In this document: positions 23,955-34,917 of the stretch, in pieces | How positions within the stretch are numbered: position 1 is the stretch's first letter | Layout of the letters: each line of letters begins with the position of its first letter | Source: Nageia nagi | Taxonomy: Eukaryota > Plantae > Pinophyta | Direction of reading: 5' to 3' | NCBI GenBank assembly: GCA_050084985.1 | Contig: JBITNC010000001.1 | Location: 114,824,001-114,888,000, forward strand | Length of the DNA stretch: 64,000 nt | The notes under the pieces: model-generated | The model's input: only the letters and a program-made list of their open reading frames with translations | Told to the model about the DNA's origin: nothing | The model's database searches: none | Translations under genes and position numbers: made by a program

Positions 23955-26269
23955 ATTCTTGTGTTGAATTCATGTTTGTGATAACAACTTCATTCATAGG
24001 AGAATTTTATGTTGTATAGTGTTGATTTTGTTGTACACCTTCGTGGTGAGTTCGCTTTGAATGAGAAACTTTTTATACAATTTTTTTAGAGCAAAGGATT
24101 GGCCAATATAGCACTGTTCAGTTATCCATGTGTAAGGAACTCATATGTGTCTTTTGGCACTGTTCAGTTATCCATATGTGAAGAACTCGTATGTGCATTT
24201 TGTTTTTGCTCTATTTTGTAATGATAACCAACACATGTTTTATATACAGCAGTGACCATAAGTTTTGGCTTGGCATCTTCGTGATGACTTATAATGCACC
24301 ATTGATCAGGTTATGATGGCAATTATTTGATTCATCTATCCTTGTTGATATGAATATGTTGCATCTAACTGATCTTGTTATTTGAACTGCTTTTGACTTG
24401 CAGGTTCCTCTTGAGATTGCAGATTACTTACTTCGGGTGTGCAGGCTCATGAAGACTCATCATGATTTCCAATTGGATGATTACTTTATGTACATTGAAA
24501 CCAATTGTGATTAATGATTGTATTGTAAACCATTTGTTAAAATGGTAAAGTAGTGAGTTTCAAACTAGATCTTTCTTACTTGACAAATATGTAAAAAGTT
24601 CTCATTTCCAGTTGTATCTGTTTGGAGGAGAACTCTCTTACTCTCTCTCTCTCTTTCTTCTCTCTTATTCACTTTAACCCAATATTGCATTAAGGGGGAG
24701 TGTTGGAATGTATAATGCATTATTGTAAAGGTTTGTATTAATCTTCTTTGTAATTTCACTAATACTTAAAGGTAACATTAGAAACCTTAAGTATTTCAGT
24801 GAATATGATAATGTAACTTGTCCTGCACTCCATGTCATGAGCATTCCCCTTGGGTAAAAAAGAGTTACATGTCATGCCTTTGTACATTGAGTAAAAGGGT
24901 GATCCAAAGAGGGATTTTAGCCTATAAATAAAAGGCTCCCTCTTTGTGATCACACACCAATTTGTGAAGTAAAGTTATGCTATAGGATAGTGTTTAGGAG
25001 ATGAGATTAGGAGATTTATAAGAGGTTCATATTTGTGAATGAAGTAAGATCTAGTTAGTGGATGTACTCCTAGTCGGAGGAACCACTTTATCTCTTGAGT
25101 CACTTTGTGAGATTGTATTCTTGAGTTATCTTGATGTGAGTTTGAGCTTCCAAGAGATCTTGGTAGTTAGTATTGTTTTAGTTATATTGCAAATCCTTCA
25201 AAGGAGGCCCAGATACCAACGTTGAGCTTGGAATGACTCCTAGGTGCCAAAGTTGGGGCATGAGGGGACTGGGTAATGAGATTGAAGTGAGATCCATATC
25301 CATGAAAGCTATATTATCCTTTGGAGCCTTATTGCTGGATATATAGATTATCGATTATACACTTACCATCCAAAGGATAGAAGTCTTAGCGCAGTGCTAA
25401 GCAAGACCCATAGGTGCAACACTTAGGAGGATTAGCAAGTTGAGGGATCCTGTTAGTCTACGGCTTTAGCGTAACACCCTAGCCCATTTGGTGGTATTCC
25501 GAGGTTGAGCTTCTACGTTCAATGGTTTATGAGGTTTGAGGAGGGCTCCTTCGGTGGGAAGGATTCAGATTTGAAGCAGCAAGACTATCCACAAATCATC
25601 CGTTCATCCAACAATAAGAGACACATGTTGTGACCTAGTTGCTTCTTGGAGGCCAACGTCTAGCCTTGGGGGCTTGGTATTGTATTACTGCTCATTTATT
25701 ATCTTCTATACAACCATTGCGCTTTTGTATCTCAATATTTGTCTTGTGTATGCTTTCATATTGCAACGCTATGGTGTATTTCCTATTTATTGCATGTTAT
25801 AGCCAAACGTTGGCATTGTGAGGTTGTGCATGTTTTTATCTGCTAATGTTGCCCAGACGTTGGCACAATTGCATTGTTGAGGCTTAATTTGGATGCCCTA
25901 GGTCAGACGTTGGAGCATACTTGTGTATATTTGATTAAATTGTACTAAAATTGCATTTAGGCTTTTACAAATCTTTCCCTAATAGGCCAGAAGTTGGGAT
26001 TGTGCATTTTATTTTCTTGCTTCCTAGCCTAGATGTTGAGATTACTTGAGCACTATTTTGTTTTCTATGGATGAATTCTTGCTTTAATGCTAGATGTTTA
26101 GTATTTTGGATGCTTGTGATTAAGTTTGTGCACTGGAGGTGAGACGTTGGGTCACTCAAGACCCTAATGTTGGATTGTGGGCTAACATTTTAGCCCTTGG
26201 AGGCTAGACAGCTACTTCTTGGAAGCTTGGATAGGGTTTGTCAATGCATGAATAGGTTGTTTTCTAGCT

Positions 26270-29200
26270 AAGGTACAAGGATCAACTTCCCTCTTCATCA
26301 AGTGGTGGAAGTTCGGGCGAGGATGTGATAGCTTTGCCTACAGCCTTATTCAAACATGAAACATGGAATGTGTTGTGAATTTTGCTTTCTGCAAGCAACT
26401 TCAACTTGTAGGCCCTCTCTCCCACCTATCATAAGACTTTGTTGGGTTCATAGAAGCGTGGTTTCAACTTCTCTGCTCACTTCCCCTTTAACATGGACTG
26501 ATTGTAAGACTGCAATCTCAAGTACACCATATCTCCAATTTCAAAGGTGTGTTTCATCCTGTTTTGATCAACAAACATTTTTTGGCATTTTTGGGCTACC
26601 TATATGTTCTCCTTGAGGGATCTCAAAATATCTTGATTGTCATGCAAATATTCTTTAGCCTTTGCGACCTTGCCATCCCCAAAAATCAGGTCTACATAGT
26701 TTGGAGCTTCATAACTATACAATGCAAAGTATGTGGACATTTGGATGGATGTATGATATACGAAGTTGTAACAAAACTCTCCAAGATGAAGCCATTTCAC
26801 TCATGCTAGTTGTTGCCCTGTTACATAAAGCCTCAAATATCCTTCCAAACCATTGATTTACTATTTCAATTTGCCCATCCGTTTGGGGATGATAACTAGT
26901 AGTTGGTGTTAAATTTGTTCCGCTCAATTTGAAAAGATCTTGCCAAAACATGCTCATGAATTTGTTGTCACTATCACTTACAATTGTTTTGCCAGCCCAT
27001 GCAATCTAATAATTTCTTTGAAGAAAAGTTCAACCAGTATGCATGGTTGTGTATGCACTAGTAATGGCAAAGAAAAGTGCATATTTTGTCAATCTATCAA
27101 CTACTAAAAAAATACAATCCTTACCTTGAGATTTGGGCAACTCGGTGATGAAATCAATCGTAATACTTTCCCATTTCTGTTTGGGAATAAGTAGGGGCTG
27201 CAACAAACCGGGAGGAAGCACATTTTTTGTCTAATTATCTTGGCACTTGACACATTCTTTCAAATGCATGTAGACGTCCTCTTTCAGGCCCCTCCATGCG
27301 AATCCCTCCCTCACAGCCTTGTACATTTTGAGGAACACGAGGTGTCCAACTAGGGGTGCATCATGCATGGCAATGAGAAACTTCTCTTTCACCTTGGATT
27401 CTGGCATAGCAAAAATCCTTTCCTTGTACAGAATCAGCCCATTCTTCACCTTGAATCTTTCATCCTTATTGTGCCCCTCAATGATGTTAGTGGCAAATTC
27501 ATCTTTAGCATATTCGGCCACAATAGTCATTTTAAATAGACATGGAATAAAAAGAGGGATTGCGTGAGGGAGCATCAACAGCTGTATTTTTCTTCTTTTT
27601 AATGTATTCTATCTCAAAATCATAAGATTGTAATTTACTCACCCAATTTTGTTACCCAATGTTGTTGCTTTTCACTCAAGTCCGATTGCCCTAGAAAGTA
27701 TTTTAAGCTATTGCGATCAGTTTTAACCACAAAATGTCCACACATAGGTATTGCTTGAATCTTGCCAACGCATGCATGATGGCCAACATCTCTTTGTCAT
27801 AAGCACTGATAGTTTTATCTACGGACATGAATTTCCTGCTTTCAAAAGTGATTGACCTTCCCTTTTGTATAAGAAAAGCTCCTAACCCATATTTGGATGC
27901 ATCACATTCAACAGTACATGGAATATGCGCATTACTCCTTTCAGTTCCTCAAAGGCTCTTTGCGCTTTGCTACTCCAAATGAATGCATCCTTTTTCGTGA
28001 GTTGTGTTACTGGCGTAGCCAAATGTAAAAACCCACGAATGAATCTCCTGTAATAATTGCATAGTCCCATAAACCCCTCAAGTGTGTGAGTGTAGTAGGT
28101 ATGGGCCACTCTTGTATGGCCATGATTTTCTGTTCATCTACACAAACTCCTTCATAACTAATCACATGCCCAAGGTATAGGATCTTTGTCATGCCAAACT
28201 CACATTTGGATTCTTTAGCATAGAACTATTGTTGTTACAAGATTTCCAATACAGCATCCAGGTGTATCAAGTGCTCCTTCCATGAACGACTGTAGATGAG
28301 GATGTCATCAAAGAACACTAAAACATACTTCCGCAGTTGCTCCTTGAAGACCTCAATCATGGCAAATTGGAAGGTGGTTGGGACATTAGTCAATCCAAAC
28401 AACATGACCAGAAATTCAAAGTGACCATAGTGACAACGGAAGGCTATCTTATGTATGTCTTCTTCCCTCATATGGATATGATGGTAACCGAATCTCAAAT
28501 CTATCTTGAAGTATTTGGTTGCATGAAGCTCATCAATGAGATCATCTACTATGGGGATCAGATACCTGTTTTCTTGTTAATTAGCCTATAATCAATGCAC
28601 ATCCGCATTGTCCCATCCGTCTTCGCCAGCACTACTGAAGAAGGAAAAGGGCTGGAGTTGGGACAAATGAATCCCATATCAAGTAATTCTTTGATAGTCT
28701 TCTCGATTTCATCCTTATAGATGCATGGGTGTTGGTAGGGAGTGATCATGATGGGTTTGGATCCAAGTTCCAACTCTAGATGTGTTCAAATCCCCTCTTA
28801 GACGGAAAGCCTTTCAACATCTCCCCAAAGATGTCATCATGGCAATCTAGAATGGCTTGGATCTCCTAAGGGTGATGTTTCCTCTCATCAAATTTTGTGG
28901 GCTTCCCTTTTGCTATGAGGAACACAGCTCCTCATTCCATATCTTTCTATCACACAATCTTCTCCATCTTCTTGGTCGTCACAACTTGTGGAATTACCAC
29001 CAATCTCCTCAGCATGGGCTTAATTCTCGAAGTCACCTTTGTTTCACCCTTCTTTTCCAGATCTAACATCTCTTCTATGAGATCTGGTCGTTTGAATTTG
29101 TTGTAAGTGGTTTTCTCCTTGTTGGGTGGTCGTTCACAATCCCTTGGCTAAGATGTTTCACATTTAGCAGCTTCTTCTAATGCATAAGCATTTTGGACGG

Positions 29201-30871
29201 CCATGCTCAAAGATGTAGGTAAGAATCCTCTGAGAAGGCTTCTCAATCGCTTTTTCAACCCTTCCAAAAACAAAGTTGTGGCCTTTTTGGGCGAAATATG
29301 GTCGACCTAGGTGATCTTGTTGGAATTCTGCAATTTATGAATCCAAAGACCCCAACTGTCTTAGTGAAACAATATCTAGCAAATATTCCTCCTCATCCTT
29401 GAGATGAAAGCGATCTAGGATGTGCTGACCAAACTTTTCCAATGTGCAGATGAAACTATGATCCTTACTCTCTTCTTGGTGGCATCGCCATGCTTGAGCT
29501 ATTCCATCCACATGCAAGATAGCCATTTGCAATGAATTTGCCTCATATAGGCGATTGAGGGTGGCGAATGTTTCAACATGTGTAACCATGCCCTGGGTGT
29601 GATCTTCCCTTTCCCATCGAAATGTGGAACCATATCCACTCCCTTTAACTTCTCATCATGCCATGATGCCTCATTAGCCCTCAAAAGTTTGGCGTCTCCT
29701 TGTGGATCATGATTTCAACCCGAATATGGCCAAGGGGGTGGTGGTGAATGAGTGGGTAGTAGACCTCTAGATTCTCTTTGGCTTTTACACTCTCCTTGCC
29801 AAGTCATGCACCCAAGCCGTAAATTCTCTTCTTTTCCCTCTTGCACTTCATTTTGTTTGAGGGTTTTAAGCAACTTAGCCACCATGTCTATACTTATGTC
29901 CATTTTCTCTATTCTTCATGCAAATCTGAACAACTCCCTTTTTTCCATCTCCGCAGGCTAGCAAGATCAAGATCTGATACGACTGTGATGCACCTTTATT
30001 ATTTTTATGCCAATATTATGATGCCAAAAACCCAAAGACTATGCCACGATCAAGAAATAATGCCAAACACAATTATATTGCTCAGAAAATGTCCAATGCA
30101 CAAGCAAATATGAGATCCAATGATCAACGCCTCAAAATATATTGATGAAAGAGCAAATACAACACCGTAGGAGACAAGTAGGCTTGACATCTGGCTTGGA
30201 GGGCCAGATCTAGCACTCAACAATGAAAAATACGCTCCTGAAAGGCTGACATTTGGAACTAGGATCTTAATACCCAAATCTGAAAAATGAAGAACTGAAG
30301 CAAACTCCCTTAGACAAGCTAGAGACTCCACCAAAGGGCTCTTCCCAACTCCAAGTACTCTGCAAGGATAGAAGTGATGCAACCAAAGACTAAGGGTTCT
30401 CGTCCTTAGCCATATCTAGTGAGGTTTTCGTCCCACTAAACCCTTCTCTTGCAAGTTTTTGTCCACAAAAGGCTAAGAGATGACTTTGTGCCAATCCCTG
30501 AGATGACAATGCCAAGAATAATCAATAGCTACCTCCAAATGATGCACCATGCCCATAAATAGCTAGATGTCTCACTGGGTGGCCTAGATCTCATCTAGGA
30601 ATCCATGCCAGTGGAGCGCTACAATGTAATCATGCGTTGGGCCCTAGGATGATGCTTGGCGCCAGGATACAACTTCAAGTTGACCTCGAGATGTGCACAA
30701 TCCAGCCATGGGATTTCCGTAATTACTTATCACACCATTAAATGACTCCTAACTATCTGAGGAGGGTGACATCCCACTTTGGGGCTCACAATTGGTCTCA
30801 TGGACCCACAAATATCCCTCACTTGGTTATATTAATGCCTAAATACATAGATTGAGAAAAGGCACATGACA
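26270..30871 (-). mobile_element. 3'-truncated Ty3/Gypsy element: 5' LTR 29984-30871, PBS, degenerate gag, RT, RNase H, integrase
   Basis: LTR TGTCATGTGCC...GCATCACA. Degenerate PBS at ~29971-29982. RT motifs MRMCIDYR, FGLTNVP and VFFDDILIYS; INT motifs [10 protein letters not shown] and YHPQTDGQ. No protease motif seen. Confidence 0.9.
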
Positions 30872-31306
30872 GCCTGGCCTCACTTCAGATTCCCTTTTTC
30901 GTATGTTAATGTTTCACTTCCTTCCCCACACTCTCTCTCATGTTAACCTGTCACTTCTTTGCTTGATTACCTCTAATGTTAATGTGTCACTTCTTGGTTC
31001 TATTCCCTTTCTACTTATATGCTATTATTTCACTTTCCCCACCCTCTTTGTCTTTCCAAAATGTGGTGGCCCTAACAGCTGTGTTCAATTCTTATATATC
31101 AAGCCACTGATCAAACTATCTTCTTCCATTTTATATTGAAATCAAAAACTCATAGAAACAACATAGACGCAAATGAAGCAGCCATGCTCCATTTTCCTTG
31201 TATTTTAAATTTTTTATCAACTATCCTGCAATGAAGGTCCAGTCACCTTTCAACCTTGGTCACTCGCAAGATCGCATACTTTATAATTAGAAAAGGCCGT
31301 CTAAAT

Positions 31307-31679
31307 CATGGTATTGACACTACAAATTTTGAAAAGTCTTTCCAAGTCCAAAGTGTAGGGTAAACAGGTCCAAATGACTAGAATCTCGAGTCTTACTAAA
31401 ACTCTTCGAGTATAGAAAATTCCTAACCAAACAGGAAAACATTAAAATAACAAAACAGAAATTATATAAAAATATTGCAGGTTTAGACTTCTTTTTGTTT
31501 GTCATCATTTATAGTGTTAAGTATGTTGATGTTGTATGCCACAATAAATAATGGAGGATTATATGATATTTCAGTTGCCAAGTCTCTATTGATGTTTTGC
31601 GAAGTTTTCTCGTTGAGTTCAAGTCTAAACAAAAAATGAGGCTGTCGAGTCTGAGACAAGTCCAAGTCTCTAAACTATG
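31307..31679. mobile_element. 373-bp hAT-type MITE with perfect 8-bp TSD GTCTAAAT
   Basis: Termini CATGGT.../...ACTATG, with GTCTAAAT at 31299-31306 and 31680-31687. Confidence 0.8.
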
Positions 31680-31977
31680 GTCTAAATGTCCAATCTGGAG
31701 ACACGAAAACAACATATAATGCAGACATCGGACAAATTTCATTGCATCCACTTTCCAATGTTCCTATCAACGAAATCATGTTTCCTTGAATGTAGAAATT
31801 TTTCAATGATCATCACTACTTCAAATCTGAATAGAATATCTAGCCATTCAAATGAATCCAGTCCACAATGACATTAATGAAATGAATGAAATATACCTTA
31901 GAAAATGAAAGATAATGCAGAGAACATGTAGTGTATACTCCAAATTTAAACAGTGATTAAATGTGAAAGGAAGGAAC

Positions 31978-32177
31978 CTGCAACTCCAAATGCCTCATTG
32001 CTGACACCAAAGGAGAAAGATGCCGAGTTAGGACTTTGTTGTATTGGAGAATTGGTTGGAAAAGCAGAAGCGTTGCCAAAAAGACTATGGTTGGGACTTT
32101 GTGTTTGGCTTCCAACAGCAGGCAACGTGTTTCCAAACCCTGAACCAAACAAGCTTGAAGTATTCCCAAATCCAGCA
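31978..32177 (-). CDS. NUP42: Host gene exon (most upstream one visible): FG-repeat region of NUP42/CG1-like nucleoporin
   Basis: Encodes SAGFGNTSSLFGSGFGNTLPAVGSQTQSPNHSLFGNASAFPTNSPIQQSPNSASFSFGVSNEAFGVA-G. Acceptor taacAG at 32179-32178 (alternative in-frame AG 15 nt upstream). Donor G|GTTCC at 31977, phase 1, matching the phase-1 acceptor at 10007. Confidence 0.8.
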
Positions 32178-34389
32178 CTGTTACAACAAAACCTGTTAGT
32201 GGATGCATAATACAAATAGCTTTAAGTCCTTTCCCAAAATATAGTGCATATGTACCAGCGTTTTGTTTTTTGCATATCTTGAAGTATGAAAAATATATGT
32301 ATGGAAAGAAATAAGAAAATTCGGACTAAAATTCTTGGAAAGAATAAAGAGACAGGAAGAAAGTTTAGTCAGATATACAAGTGACTGAACTAGGTCAATG
32401 AGACTGTAAAAATAGAACAACTGCATACAAAGCATTCTACAGGCCCTACTAAGGCACTAAGACCAAAGTAAAACAAAACTAGATTAGTCAAACCAAACCC
32501 AAGAACATCAGTAAATAATTGACATATTTGCTGTGAACAGAGAATTAAAGAACATGATATGATGCACACCAGTGACAGTGTATTAATACTGATCCATACA
32601 GAAGTGCTGACTAGTGGAAGAACAAGAATATTAAATAACTCTTCTGTCAACCAAAGTCAGCAAATCTCTGGAAGATAAGAATTCTGAGTTATCACCTTTC
32701 TCTTGACATAAAGAGATATTGTCCGGATCCTAATCGACTTTAGAGAATGAGGACAATGTCACATAAATCTGCTATTAGTCCTCTTAGTATCAGTAATATC
32801 AAGAAGACAATGGCTTATTAGAATGGAGCTTGCGAAAGATCGGATATATAAGCATATAACTATCTGAATACATACAAAAAGAAATATTGGCATCCCTTAT
32901 TTTCTTATCAGGTCAGGCCAAAGTTAAGAATTTCTGGACTTCTATGTATACTTAAGACACAATCCAATTTGCCAGATTGGAAGCCAATCAAATATACAGA
33001 CTTTCATTTCTTTCTGCTCTGAGAATACATCAATATTTCAATTCTGTCAATAGATCCATAGTGATTATTATTGCCGAAAATATAAGGGGATGTATTCCAA
33101 AGAATATTGAATTTTCACATGCCAATCAGCCATCTTTTGTTTTCTATCAGTGATGATACATTTTATTAGTCACTTTTTGTCATGTGTTTTGTCCTATTTC
33201 CTATCTTGATAACCCAGTTAATGATCTATGCATATTTAGAACTATATTTTGCATATACAAGAACTAAGGAAATATGTTTGAATGGGAAGCAAAATACACT
33301 TGTTTGCTTGAATAAATTAGTTGTGTGTTTTTGCCGAAGAAAAAGAATAATTGGTGAATCTTTATTTTGTGTGTAAATTGTGTCCTGTTTTACTGATAAA
33401 ATAACAAGTATCAGGGCCTGAGATGATAAAAAAAACATTCCATTTTTGCAAGTCCATTTCTATGATGGAAATCTTTGATAATCTAGCCAAAAAAGTTGGT
33501 AAAAATTATTTATATGTACAGCTGAGAAACAATTACTACAGAAAGACGTTTCGGTAGTAGACACTGTCACTGCAGAAACAGACAATTACTGCAAAAGCGA
33601 CAGTTTGGTATCAACAAAATAACAGCTCGCACAAGATAGGTTGATAGTTGAATGACGACACGATACTCCATATTTAGGATGTTACTTATACCAGATTCAG
33701 GCAGCAACCAAATTCCTTGTCAACTGGAATTTTGAGTTGTACTGTGATACCCTAAAAAAACTGCAATAATCCCAGCAAAACCTATGAATGAAACAATGCA
33801 CATTTTTTATTCAAATTGTTGCAAATTCTAGTATTTTAAGAAAAGCATTTAAATTAGAACATTAGCCATACTTTAAATTGTACGAGTTTGATCCTCACGA
33901 TTACAACTAAAAGAACATTAGCCATACAAATTGAGATTAGTGTATCCACTAAGGTTGAAATTACTAGCATGGTAATGCTAACAAAACTTGTCATTCCGTG
34001 TTGGGCAGGAGTTGATGGAAGAGGCACACGCGATAGGTGGGGGTAGGAAGATCAACATCTTGACTAGTGATCAAGACTCCTGCTAGCAAAATCATGATTT
34101 CTGATATCGGTCTCAAAAAAACGAGTCAATTCGGATCTGGAATCAGAAATCGGCCAATTGTGATTCCAGACCTCAAAATTGATCAGAATTTTGCAAATTG
34201 TTTTTTGTCTTGTCTTTCATGCCTTGCACATCCTTAGCTTAGAATGTCTTTCAATTTTTATTTTCTTCATCGGATTTAAATCACTAAGGTATCTGGATTT
34301 AAATGTATAATAGGAATATATGGTCGGCCTTGGGGTAAATATTTCTTGTTTATTGGGTTATGTAAACTTTATTGTCATTCATACAAAGG

Positions 34390-34520
34390 ACTGTTGGGCA
34401 TCATGCTTTTGGGAGAAATAAAATCCATCTACCATGTATTCCACCTCCTCTGGAACTAACTGCCAAATTAGACCTCCTGCTCCAGCATCACTTTTTGGCT
34501 GAATACAAGATACCATTTTA
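34390..34520 (-). pseudogene. Possible fragment of a GH5 endo-beta-mannanase C-terminus
   Basis: Reads NGILYSAK / (frameshift) SDAGAGGLIWQLVPEEVEYMVDGFYF, resembling plant MAN 'IYxSAKxGGAGAGGLFWQL...DG(F/Y)'. Short and frameshifted. Confidence 0.4.
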
Positions 34521-34917
34521 TTTGCATAGACTAGATGTGCATGTTTAATTTTACTGCGATTGCATTTATTTTGTCAATTTCTAGATGCCATGGAAGTCGA
34601 AGTAGCATAGATGTTTATGATGATGTGATGTTTATTTCATATCTGATTTTATGTCTTTTGGGCAACGCTGCATTTAATGCAGCCACTTTTGGATACTACA
34701 TGTATCCCACTTCAATCATTCTGAAAGGGATTTTTGCTATCAAAGAAAGGAATGCTATGTTTAGCTGTTGAATATCTTTGCAAAGTTATTTTCTTTCTGG
34801 ACTAGTGCTTTGAAGAATGCAATGAAGTTTTTCATTCCATGGGATTATGCATCTATCCTGTAAAATTATCTTGTTGGTTAAATTGATCTTCTGCTTATGT
34901 GCATTCTCTTTGAAAAG

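Larger units (their letters stand above)
17122..25200 (+). mobile_element. Near full-length degenerate Ty1/Copia LTR retrotransposon
   Basis: 5' LTR 17122-17603 (first ~20 nt missing). PBS TGGTATCAAAGC at 17606-17617, then a 2.7-kb leader and gag-pol remnants at ~20287-23950. PPT AAGGGGGAG, then 3' LTR 24701-25200 (TG...CA). LTRs ~93% identical by manual count. Confidence 0.93.
16817..25969 (+). mobile_element. Solo-LTR (family A) interrupted by the Copia element (pieces 16817-17121 and 25201-25969)
   Basis: TGTGACATCCCC start, ...TTTTACA end, TSD AGTCT/AATCT. The family-A sequence resumes right after the Copia 3' LTR. Confidence 0.75.
14573..26248 (+). mobile_element. Outer solo-LTR (family C) split into 14573-14900, 16195-16816 and 25975-26248 by nested insertions
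   Basis: Starts TGTGACGTCCC, probable end ...GTCAATGCA. Pieces sum to ~1.22 kb. Flanks TGAAA/TGAAT give a 4/5 TSD match. Confidence 0.55.
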
